39,517 bases of DNA, taken from assembly GCA_937884915.1 (NCBI GenBank), contig CALAAN010000292.1, positions 1-39,517 on the forward strand. The letters run 5' to 3'. Positions within the stretch are counted from its first letter, which is position 1, and every line of letters begins with the position of its first letter. A model generated the notes under the pieces. That model saw only the letters and a list, made by a program, of their open reading frames with translations, searched no databases and was not told the origin of the DNA. Below are positions 16,305 to 22,941 of the stretch, piece after piece. A program made the translations under genes and the position numbers. This stretch comes from an uncultured Oscillibacter sp. (GTDB taxonomy: Bacteria; Bacillota; Clostridia; Oscillospirales; Oscillospiraceae).

Positions 16305-16855
16305 GGCGCTTTCCTCCGCGGCGGAGCATTTGGCGGCAGCTCCAGCTTCTTTCGCGCCTTGTACACCGACGGCCTCGACGCGCCGAGCCTCTCCGCGATC
16401 TGCGGATCGTTCAGCCCCTCGGCCCAGCATTTCTTCAGCTCCTCCGGATCGATGACATACCGGAACGCGTTCGGCGCCAGCCCCGCCCGGCGCCGCCACC
16501 GCCGCACGGTGTCCGCATTGCAGCCGATCTCCCGCGCGATCTCCGTGTCCCGCTTGCCCTCTTCCCATAGCGCCCGGAACTGCGCCCAGTCGTACTTCTT
16601 CCTGCCGGCCGTGCTCATCCGGGCCTTCGGCATCCTGTCCGGCGGTCTCTTTGCCGATACGACGATCGGCTGCGACCGCCTTGTTTCGGTCTTCCCCGTG
16701 CGGTACAGCCCGCATTTCCGGGTGATGTCGGCCTCGCCCCGGCTCGTCTTTGTCTCGCCGGTGATAAAGAAGTAGTTGCAGCTCGGCACGTTCCCGTCCA
16801 CGCGCCCGGCGTGGTACCGGCACTTTGTCCGGTAACATATGTACTCGTCCTTCAA
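16301..16855 (-). CDS. Cys-rich plus tandem HTH DNA-binding protein, 184 aa
   Basis: Two 'WxEGxxDxxIAxxxG...V...R...GL.PN' HTH repeats. Confidence 0.7.
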   Translation of the reverse strand: MKDEYICYRTKCRYHAGRVDGNVPSCNYFFITGETKTSRGEADITRKCGLYRTGKTETRRSQPIVVSAKRPPDRMPKARMSTAGRKKYDWAQFRALWEEGKRDTEIAREIGCNADTVRRWRRRAGLAPNAFRYVIDPEELKKCWAEGLNDPQIAERLGASRPSVYKARKKLELPPNAPPRRKAP

Positions 16856-17211
16856 AACGGCAGCACCGCCCCTTCCTCGATCAGATGAAAGGCGCTCTCG
16901 TTGTCCCAGCCGTCGTCCGGGTGCTCGATCCCCCAGATCTCCGCCTCATCGAGATAGTTCTTCCCGAAGTGCGCGACGAACTCTTCCTTGCTCCACCTCT
17001 GCTCGGTCATCGCCTTGTGCTGGCCGTAGCGGTGCAGAAGCTCCGCCGTCTCGCCGGAGCGGTGCGCGCTGTCCGCGTCGATCCGGTGGCACCACGGGCA
17101 GAGGCGGACGGTCAGGCCGTACTTTGTGGAAATAGGCCGCCGGGCTCCGCCGAAAATGTGGTGCTCTTCGAGCTGTTCATAATTCCCGCACAGAAAACAA
17201 ATACCTTTCAT
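16852..17211 (-). CDS. HNH-like Zn-binding nuclease, 119 aa
   Basis: CFLCG...HHIFGG...LCPWCH...H. GAAAGGA RBS. Confidence 0.75.
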   Translation of the reverse strand: MKGICFLCGNYEQLEEHHIFGGARRPISTKYGLTVRLCPWCHRIDADSAHRSGETAELLHRYGQHKAMTEQRWSKEEFVAHFGKNYLDEAEIWGIEHPDDGWDNESAFHLIEEGAVLPF

Positions 17212-17238
17212 CGTTCTTCGTCCTTTCAAAATTCTTGT

Positions 17239-17286
17239 CTCTCCCTCCGGGAGAGGTGGCGCGGCGCAGCCGTGACGGAGAGGGTC
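17239..17286. repeat. Divergent REP-like double-hairpin element
   Basis: CTCTCCC-tcc-GGGAGAG followed by GTGGCGCGGCGCAGCCGTGACGGAGAGGG. Same layout as 10839-10888. Confidence 0.55.
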
Positions 17287-17291
17287 CCCCC

Positions 17292-17531
17292 CTATTTCGT
17301 CGCTTCCAGAATTCTCGCCGCCAGATCGTCCACGCGCCACTTCTTCTTTGTGCCGCGCTGGAAGCACGGCAGCCCGTCCAGAAACTCCGCGACGATCCTC
17401 CGGTTCTCTATCCCGAGATACCGCCCGATCTGCGCCATGTCGGCGTACCTCGCGCCGTCCGTGCAGTGCTCCGTGAGATCCGCCTCGATCTTCCTCTGCT
17501 CCGCCGGAACGCACAGCCGTACCCTCGGCAT
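17292..17531 (-). CDS. Winged-HTH / excisionase-like protein, 79 aa
   Basis: 'ADMAQIGRYLGI....VAEFL...KKWRVDDLA' pattern. Confidence 0.55.
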   Translation of the reverse strand: MPRVRLCVPAEQRKIEADLTEHCTDGARYADMAQIGRYLGIENRRIVAEFLDGLPCFQRGTKKKWRVDDLAARILEATK

Positions 17532-17678
17532 TTACCCCGCCTCCTTCTCGTCCTTTTTCTTGCTCTGCATATACTCCACGGCCAGAGCCGCGCCGTCGAT
17601 CTGCTGCACGAACTTCTCCTGCAGCTCCGGCGGCAGCGCGCACACCTTCTCGGCCAGCGCCTTCTCCTTTTCGCTCAT
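17532..17678 (-). CDS. Small helical early protein, 48 aa (MSEKEKALAEKVCALPPELQEKF...)
   Basis: GGAGGTGAGG RBS. No HTH visible. Confidence 0.75.
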   Translation of the reverse strand: MSEKEKALAEKVCALPPELQEKFVQQIDGAALAVEYMQSKKKDEKEAG

Positions 17679-17715
17679 GTCCTCACCTCCTGTCGCTTGT
17701 GTTTTTCCCGCTCCT

Positions 17716-18060
17716 GCGGTACGATGAAAAATGCCGCGGCTGTGTGCTGCTTTGTATCTCCATCTCGGAGATGAAAGGTGGTGGTACATTGCCGCACCCG
17801 GAAAAAGAGGGTCTCGTGCTGTTCTTCCTGAACAAGCAGGACAACGCCGTCTTTGCACGCCGTCTCGGTGTCTCCTTTCAGACGCTTTGCCGTTTGTACC
17901 GCGGGACCGAGAGAATGAGCCGTTCCGTTCGCCGGAAGGCTCTTTCAATTCTTGGCGTGACCGAAGACGAGTTTTCTTTCCTTGTCTCGAAGGTCGCCTG
18001 ATTCCCGGAGGGAGGCCGCACCCCGGTCTCCCTTTTCCGCGGCATTTTTCATCGCACCGC
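17716..18060. repeat. 24-bp inverted repeats (23/24) flanking a ~300-bp segment
   Basis: GCGGTACGATGAAAAATGCCGCGG (17716-17739) and CCGCGGCATTTTTCATCGCACCGC (18037-18060). Confidence 0.85.
17789..18001 (+). CDS. Small XRE-like HTH protein, 70 aa
   Basis: TTG start with GAAAGGTGG RBS. 'FARRLGVSFQTLCRLYRG...ALSILGVTEDEF'. Upstream TTGTGT-17-TACGAT promoter. Confidence 0.7.
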   Translation: MPHPEKEGLVLFFLNKQDNAVFARRLGVSFQTLCRLYRGTERMSRSVRRKALSILGVTEDEFSFLVSKVA

Positions 18061-18154
18061 TTGCGTTGCATTGCTTTGTCTCCGGCGTCGCTTCCGCCCT
18101 TATCGTTGAGCACCATATGGAGATTTTCCGTTTCTTCGTCTCGCTTTTCCGCGG

Positions 18155-18316
18155 TTAACACAGCAGCATCTTCACCGCAGCCACGAGAAGCGCCCCCGCG
18201 ATCCCGAATAGCACGGCGACCGCCGTTTCAAGCGCTTCCGCTTTCCAGCGCAGCCGGATCAGCTCTTTTCTCATCGCGTCCACACTCTCTTCCAGCTCCT
18301 CCAGCTCCTCTTCCAC
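18155..18316 (-). CDS. Coiled-coil plus single-TM protein, 53 aa
   Basis: GTG start after GAAAGGAGGGGG. C-terminal hydrophobic helix. Confidence 0.6.
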   Translation of the reverse strand: MEEELEELEESVDAMRKELIRLRWKAEALETAVAVLFGIAGALLVAAVKMLLC

Positions 18317-18411
18317 CCGCTCACCCCCTCCTTTCTGCGTTGCATTGCTTTGTTTTGCCATCCTCCCGCCGTTTCTGGATTGGTCTTACTCAGAAAAAAG
18401 GAGGTTCGCTC

Positions 18412-18927
18412 ATGTCTTATCTGGTAAATTTCGTTCCGTCTCCCGCTCCGGTTCTCGACCCCCGGCTTCGCGGTCGGATCGTCTTTTGCTCCGATGCGCA
18501 GATTCCGCAGGAGATCAACCTCGCTTTGTCGCTGGTTCTCGTAGCTGTCGCCGATCAGTTGGAAAAAGAAAACCGCCTCTTCGGCGATACGCCGATCACC
18601 TGCATCTTTTCCAATTCAGATTCCTTCACGATTGCCCTGAACGAACCGGAGCAGGCCGTCTGTATGCGGATCATCTTTTATCCGCTTTCCCGGCTGTGCC
18701 GCCTCGGAGCAAATCAGCTTCTCACTTCTCTTGCCGAGGAGCTTTGCCATCTTATCTGGGACATCCCCGACGAAACCCTTGTCAACTTTAAGGTTCTTGA
18801 GGTGCTTCGTAATCTTCGTCCGCAATTCTCCCTCGCGGATCTGTACTCGGCTGCTGAAGTTGAAGCATGCGCTCAGTACGCGCAAGAACATCCGAATCTA
18901 CCTCTATCGGAATTGCTTCCGGGTTGA
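18412..18927 (+). CDS. Moron protein with zincin-like EELCH motif, 171 aa
   Basis: AAGGAGG RBS, lower GC than flanks, 'TSLAEELCHLIW...DE' motif. Confidence 0.7.
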   Translation: MSYLVNFVPSPAPVLDPRLRGRIVFCSDAQIPQEINLALSLVLVAVADQLEKENRLFGDTPITCIFSNSDSFTIALNEPEQAVCMRIIFYPLSRLCRLGANQLLTSLAEELCHLIWDIPDETLVNFKVLEVLRNLRPQFSLADLYSAAEVEACAQYAQEHPNLPLSELLPG

Positions 18928-18943
18928 GTTTGTCTTTTCGCAT
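18788..18943 (-). CDS. First ORF of the early operon, 51 aa, antisense to the moron gene
   Basis: Strong RBS GAAAGGAGGGGGGTGAGG. Function not recognisable. Confidence 0.35.
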   Translation of the reverse strand: MRKDKLNPEAIPIEVDSDVLARTERMLQLQQPSTDPRGRIADEDYEAPQEP

Positions 18944-18976
18944 TTCCTCACCCCCCTCCTTTCCGTTGCATTGCTT

Positions 18977-19081
18977 TGCTTTCTTGATGCAATCATATGC
19001 TTGTTTAATGCATTTGTCAATCCCCTTTTTGCATTTTTTAAGCATTTTTCTCTTGCGCTTTTGCTTTTTGTCTGCTATAGT
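18977..19081. promoter_or_regulatory. Lysis/lysogeny switch: divergent promoters and three operators
   Basis: Minus strand TTGACA(19020)-17-TATGAT(18992). Plus strand TTGCGC(19053)-17-TATAGT(19081). TGCWT-N5-AWGCA at 18977-18991, 18998-19012 and 19030-19044. Confidence 0.8.
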
Positions 19082-19104
19082 GTCCTCGAAAGGAGGTGCT
19101 GCCT

Positions 19105-19494
19105 ATGTCCGCAGAACCCAGAACAAAAGAGCTGCGCAAAGCTCTCGGCCTCACGCAGCAGGAGTTCGCCGATCGTCTTAAAATCACGCGCGGCGCCGTA
19201 TCAAATTGGGATTTAGGTCACTCAGTCCCGTCCGACGCGGCGGTCTCGCTGATCTGCCGCGAGTTCCATGTGCGGGAAGCCTGGCTGCGCGATGGCGAAG
19301 GGGAGATGTTCGAGATAAAGCCCCGCGCCGAGGAGCTCGGCGAGCTTGTCCGAAAGCTCCTGGCCGACCGGCCGGAATCCTTCCGCTCCCGCCTCATCAC
19401 GTCGCTCCTGCGCTTCGAGCCCAATTCCCCCGAATGGCAGATCCTTGAGAACATCTATAATTCCATCGCAGACGAAAAAGAGAGCAGGGAATGA
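19105..19494 (+). CDS. XRE-family prophage repressor without S24 peptidase domain, 129 aa
   Basis: 'KELRKALGLTQQEFADRLKITRGAVSNWDLG...ICREFHVREAWLRDGEGEMF'. AAGGAGG RBS. Confidence 0.9.
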   Translation: MSAEPRTKELRKALGLTQQEFADRLKITRGAVSNWDLGHSVPSDAAVSLICREFHVREAWLRDGEGEMFEIKPRAEELGELVRKLLADRPESFRSRLITSLLRFEPNSPEWQILENIYNSIADEKESRE

Positions 19495-19511
19495 TCCCCG
19501 CTCTCTTTTTC
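19476..19511 (+). terminator. Terminator after the repressor gene
   Basis: AAAAAGAGAGC..GGG-aatgat-CCC.GCTCTCTTTTT. Confidence 0.7.
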
Positions 19512-19514
19512 ATG

Positions 19515-19553
19515 TTGACATTGTGCATATTTTGTAATACAATGTATATACAA
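19515..19553 (+). promoter_or_regulatory. dinJ-yafQ promoter/operator
   Basis: TTGACA-17-TACAAT with an overlapping imperfect palindrome TTGTAATACAATGTATATACAA. Confidence 0.75.
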
Positions 19554-19573
19554 ACATCAAAGGAGTTGATAAT

Positions 19574-19846
19574 ATGGCAACCGCAGTTATGAATATCCGT
19601 ATGGACAGCGAACTCAAGAAGCAGTTCGAGGCGTTCTGTGCCGACATGGGGCTTTCCGTCACCGCCGCCGTCACCGTCTTTGCGAAAAAGGCTGTCCGCG
19701 AATACCGCATCCCCTTTGAGATCGGCGCGGAGATCCCGAACGCCGAGACGAGAAAGGCGATCGAGGACGCCGAGGCCGGCATCGGCATGAGCGGCCCGTT
19801 CCACTCCGTCGCGGATCTGATGGAGGCGCTCAATGCTGACGATTAA
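19574..19846 (+). CDS. dinJ: RelB/DinJ antitoxin, 90 aa
   Basis: 'NIRMDSELKKQFEAFCADMGLSVTAAVTVFAKKAVREYRIPF...PNAETRKAI'. Confidence 0.92.
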   Translation: MATAVMNIRMDSELKKQFEAFCADMGLSVTAAVTVFAKKAVREYRIPFEIGAEIPNAETRKAIEDAEAGIGMSGPFHSVADLMEALNADD

Positions 19847-20108
19847 GTACCAGGCAGCTTTCCGCCGGGATTATAAGCGCATCGTCCGCCGCGGCTACGA
19901 CGTCCGCCTTTTGGAAAACGTCGTGCAGCTTCTCGCCGAGGAAAAGCCCCTTCCGGAAAAGCACCGCGACCACGCGCTCTCCGGCGACTATATCGGCTGC
20001 CGCGAGTGTCACATCACACCGGACTGGCTTCTGATCTACGAGATATCCCACGGTGAGCTGACGCTCTGCCTCACCCGTACCGGTACGCACAGCGATTTGT
20101 TCGACTGA
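19833..20108 (+). CDS. yafQ: YafQ-family mRNA interferase toxin, 91 aa
   Basis: 'FRRDYKR...RDHALSG...RECHITPDWLLIY...RTGTHSDLF'. Confidence 0.95.
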   Translation: MLTIKYQAAFRRDYKRIVRRGYDVRLLENVVQLLAEEKPLPEKHRDHALSGDYIGCRECHITPDWLLIYEISHGELTLCLTRTGTHSDLFD

Positions 20109-20116
20109 CAGAGAGA

Positions 20117-20151
20117 ACCCGTCGGAGTTTCCGACGGGTCCTTTCTTCTTT
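20117..20151. terminator. Terminator between yafQ and the convergent micropeptide
   Basis: ACCCGTCGGA-gtt-TCCGACGGGT plus T-rich tail. Confidence 0.75.
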
Positions 20152-20253
20152 CTACGCCGCTTTCAGAAAGCTCCGGATAAACCGCAGCGCCTCCTCGTCC
20201 GCATCCTTCAGCAGCTCCGTGATCTCCGCGATGATCTTTTCCCGCTCGTCCAT
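20152..20253 (-). CDS. Micropeptide C, 33 aa (MDEREKIIAEITELLKDADEEALRFIRSFLKAA)
   Basis: GGGAGG RBS. C-terminal EALRFIRSFLKAA is identical to peptide A despite synonymous DNA differences. Confidence 0.8.
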   Translation of the reverse strand: MDEREKIIAEITELLKDADEEALRFIRSFLKAA

Positions 20254-20557
20254 TTCTTCCTCCCTTGTCATTTTGTTGTATATTTGGTCATTCTCTTGTA
20301 TATTCCGACAAACTTGTATATTTTCTGCGCCGCAGGGCGGGAAACGGTGCTATAGTGTAGGCGAACGCCCGGGGGGGCCGTGCCGCAGGCTCGCCCCGGG
20401 CGTCTGCCGCGGGGCGTCCCGCTCGTCCTGCTGTGCCTGTATCGTAGCAGTTCCCGGCAAATTCCGAAACCGAACGCTTTACGGTCGAGCCGGAGTTCAG
20501 TTTTTTCGACACGAATATATCCCGGTTCAACCCGAAAATAACGAAAGGACGGAGAAC

Positions 20558-21076
20558 ATGAACGAAATGGACGCGCTGAAAAACCGCTGGAGAGAGGCCA
20601 AGGGCACACGCACCTTCCCGGACATCGCCGAAGCCGCCGATCTGTCGCCGAGCACCGTGGAATATGCCTTTTCTTCAAAATCCACGAACCCCAGCTTTGA
20701 TACGGTCGTGCGCATCTCCCGGGAGCTGCACGTCTCGCTGGATGAGACGTTCGGCATTCTCTCCCCGAGCGATCGCGCGGAGTCGGAGCTTGCCCGGCAG
20801 GACGCCGCCCACTGGAAGGCGCGGTACGAAGCGTCCGTCCGGGACATCGAATATCTCCGCACGGTCATTCTGATGCTCGGTGCGTTCTTCCTCGTTCTGG
20901 TCGTCTGGTGCGTCACCATGGATCTTCGCTGCACGGAAGTCGGCTTCTTCCGCGGCGAGTGGAACTTCGCCGCGGTGTTCTCGATGTTCTGCGCCGCGAT
21001 CGCCGCGCTGATGGTCGTCCTCGTCGTCGTCCGCGTCTGCCGCCGCCACCGGCAGCGCAAAGGAGAAAAGGAATGA
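20558..21076 (+). CDS. Membrane-anchored XRE HTH protein (two C-terminal TM helices), 172 aa
   Basis: 'TFPDIAEAADLSPSTVEYAFS...NPSFDTVVRISRELHVSLDE' plus two hydrophobic helices. GAAAGGA RBS. Confidence 0.82.
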   Translation: MNEMDALKNRWREAKGTRTFPDIAEAADLSPSTVEYAFSSKSTNPSFDTVVRISRELHVSLDETFGILSPSDRAESELARQDAAHWKARYEASVRDIEYLRTVILMLGAFFLVLVVWCVTMDLRCTEVGFFRGEWNFAAVFSMFCAAIAALMVVLVVVRVCRRHRQRKGEKE

Positions 21077-22221
21077 AGTGCTGCAACTGTTCCCGCGAGA
21101 TCCCGGAAAATTCTTTGTATTGCAACTGGTGCGGAAAGAAACAGCTCCGGGAGAAGGAAAAGAAGCTCAAGATCCCCGCTCCCCGGCAGCTCCCCTCCGG
21201 CAGCTGGACGGTGCAGCTCCGCCGCGAGGGCGTGAACGTCACCGAGCCGACGGAAGAGGCGTGCCGCACCAAAGCCCTCGCCATCCGCGCCGGGTTTCTG
21301 GAAGCAGAGAGCGCGCTCCCCCGGCTCACGCTCGGCATTCTTCTCGATAAGTATCTGGAAGACCGCCCCATGCTTTCGCCGTCCACCAGGCGAAGTTACC
21401 AATGCATCCGAAACAGCGCTTTTCCCGGCTGTATGGATAAGGATATCCGCTCTATAAACTGGCCGCGCGCCGTTGCGGCAGAGTCGCAGCGCGTTGCAAA
21501 GAAAACCCTGAAGAATGAGCTCGGCTTTGTTGCCGCCGCCTACAAGGAGCAGAAGATACCGTTTGACCCCGTGGATCTCGGCGTCGTCCCAAAGGCCGAT
21601 ACTCCGTGGCTGGACTATGCGCAGATACTAACCTTCGTTGACGCGATCCGCGACACGCCCGTCGAGCTTCCTGCGCTCCTTGCGCTGCACTCTCTCCGCC
21701 GCTCGGAGATCTTCGCGCTCCGTCCGGAGGATATCGACCCCAAAGCCGAAACGATTTCCGTCTCCGGCGCCACGGTCTATACATCCTCTGCCGAATGGAT
21801 ACGCCGGGACGAGAACAAGAGTGCCCGCTCGCAGCGCGTCGTTCCCATCGTGATACCCCGGCTTTTGGAAATTCTCAAAGACCACGACGGCGATATATGC
21901 CCGCTCGGCGACGGCGTGCGTCGGCAGATCAACCGGATCTGTGCCGCAAACGGTTTGCCGGAGGTCGGCCTGCATGGTCTGCGCCGCAGCTTTGCTTCCC
22001 TCGCCTATCATCTCGGATGGTCGGAAGAAGAGACCATGCGGCACGGCGGCTGGAGCGATTGGAAAACCGTCCACGATTTTTATCTCCGGCTTTCCGAAAA
22101 AGATTTGTCCAAAGCCGCGAAAAAAATGCGGCGGTTCTATTCCGTTAGTAAATCCGTTAGTAAAAAAGGGTCTAAAAACGCTCAAAAACGTACATCGACC
22201 CCGCCGACCGGCACAGAATAA
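21073..22221 (+). CDS. int: Tyrosine integrase with N-terminal zinc ribbon, 382 aa
   Basis: LRRSEI (R), HGLRRS (HxxR), GW, DFY (Y). MKCCNC...CNWCG at the N-terminus. ATGA overlap with the upstream gene. Confidence 0.95.
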   Translation: MKCCNCSREIPENSLYCNWCGKKQLREKEKKLKIPAPRQLPSGSWTVQLRREGVNVTEPTEEACRTKALAIRAGFLEAESALPRLTLGILLDKYLEDRPMLSPSTRRSYQCIRNSAFPGCMDKDIRSINWPRAVAAESQRVAKKTLKNELGFVAAAYKEQKIPFDPVDLGVVPKADTPWLDYAQILTFVDAIRDTPVELPALLALHSLRRSEIFALRPEDIDPKAETISVSGATVYTSSAEWIRRDENKSARSQRVVPIVIPRLLEILKDHDGDICPLGDGVRRQINRICAANGLPEVGLHGLRRSFASLAYHLGWSEEETMRHGGWSDWKTVHDFYLRLSEKDLSKAAKKMRRFYSVSKSVSKKGSKNAQKRTSTPPTGTE

Positions 22222-22238
22222 TAGTACCGAAAAACGCC

Positions 22239-22286
22239 GAAAACCCCTTGAAATTACTCATTTTTTGAGCATTTCAAGGGGTTTTC
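22239..22286. terminator. Long hairpin terminator downstream of the tRNA fragment and int
   Basis: GAAAACCCCTTGAAAT/ATTTCAAGGGGTTTTC 16-bp perfect stem. Confidence 0.8.
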
Positions 22287-22289
22287 TCG

Positions 22290-22317
22290 TGGAGCGGATA
22301 ATGGGAATCGAACCCAC
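22290..22317 (-). tRNA. 3' fragment of tRNA-Gly (att core), not a full gene
   Basis: Minus strand GTGGGTTCGATTCCCATTATCCGCTCCA: T-arm, acceptor strand implying 5' GCGG, U73 discriminator, CCA. Confidence 0.8.
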
Positions 22318-22389
22318 TTATAACATATAAAATGCGCTGATTTATCAATGAATTTGACACTTTGTCAGTAAAAGCGTTAGTAAAATCGC

Positions 22390-22424
22390 AAAAAACAGAG
22401 CCGCTACATGCGGCTCTGTTTTTT
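22390..22424. terminator. Bidirectional terminator
   Basis: AAAAAACAGAGCCGC-tacat-GCGGCTCTGTTTTTT. Confidence 0.85.
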
Positions 22425-22506
22425 ATCTCCCGTCATAGAGTCCGAGCTTCACGCGGATCTCCGCGTCCCGCTCCATGAGCTTCTCGTGCTTATATTCCCA
22501 GATGGC
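22423..22506 (-). pseudogene. 3' remnant of a helical phage protein (AIWEYKHEKLMERDAEIRVKLGLYDGR*)
   Basis: Genome-typical codons ending at the terminator. In-frame stop just upstream (22507-22509) and no start. Confidence 0.5.
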
Positions 22507-22553
22507 TCACGCCGGTGCGCAGAAAGCTGAATCGTGTCTTTCTTCTTGGGCAT
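22449..22553 (-). pseudogene. Probably truncated antisense-controlled ORF (MPKKKDTIQLSAHRRE...), 34 aa
   Basis: AAGGAGG RBS nearly identical to that of 6934..7182. Runs out of frame into the remnant above. Confidence 0.5.
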
Positions 22554-22565
22554 GTAAAAACCTCC

Positions 22566-22594
22566 TTGATTTATTGCCTTACCGGATATATAAT
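22566..22594 (+). promoter_or_regulatory. Antisense sigmaA promoter
   Basis: TTGATT-17-TATAAT. Confidence 0.75.
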
Positions 22595-22600
22595 CAAGGC

Positions 22601-22679
22601 GGTCGGGGTAAGGCTCCCGGCTCGCCTTGTTTTGGGCTTGAGCAGCGGTGCTTGGAAATGTGGCCGCTGCTCTTTCTTT
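22601..22679 (+). ncRNA. Putative cis-antisense sRNA 2 (~80 nt)
   Basis: Downstream of the promoter. Ends with an AGCAGCGG/CCGCTGCT stem plus CTTTCTTT. Confidence 0.6.
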
Positions 22680-22803
22680 ATGCCTTGACCTTGCTGTCGC
22701 GGACGATCTCGGCGGCGGCCTCAGGGCTCTTCGCCGTGGCCTCAATCAGCTTCGCAATGTTTTCGAGAAACTGATTGAGCTCTGCGGTTGTCATTTCTGA
22801 CAT
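22678..22803 (-). CDS. Micropeptide, 41 aa (MSEMTTAELNQFLENIAKLIEATAKSPEAAAEIVRDSKVKA)
   Basis: GAAAGGAAGTGAGG RBS. Own promoter upstream. Confidence 0.75.
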   Translation of the reverse strand: MSEMTTAELNQFLENIAKLIEATAKSPEAAAEIVRDSKVKA

Positions 22804-22852
22804 TTCCTCACTTCCTTTCCGAAGGGGCTTTCGCCCCTGCCTTACGAGTATC

Positions 22853-22918
22853 ATTATAATCTATCTGCGCAGATATGTCTATTTCGTATATATACGCAGA
22901 TATAGGCACGTGGTATAA
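22853..22918. promoter_or_regulatory. Divergent promoters with palindromic operator
   Basis: Minus strand TAGACA(22881)-17-TATAAT(22853) with TATCTGCGCAGATA (22862-22875) in the spacer. Plus strand extended -10 TGGTATAAT near 22911. Confidence 0.7.
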
Positions 22919-22941
22919 TCTCTCCGAAAGGTGGTGTATGC

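Larger units (their letters stand above)
18064..18978. repeat. Three direct copies of CGTTGCATTGCTTTG
   Basis: Exact copies at 18064-18078, 18338-18352 and 18964-18978. Confidence 0.9.
22144..22384. other. attP: arm-type sites plus core
   Basis: GTTAGTAAA pair at 22144/22156 and GTCAGTAAA/GTTAGTAAA pair at 22364/22376 (12-bp period), flanking a tRNA fragment. Confidence 0.85.

Noticed and set aside
18064..18978. CRISPR-like array from the 15-mer repeats
   Set aside because: Spacing is 274 and 626 bp, with genes in between. No cas genes seen.
18960..20560. LexA (CGAAC-N4-GTTCG) SOS box in the immunity region
   Set aside because: No convincing match found by eye.
22290..22360. Complete tRNA gene
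   Set aside because: Only the T-arm and 3' acceptor strand are present. Upstream sequence gives no anticodon or D arm.
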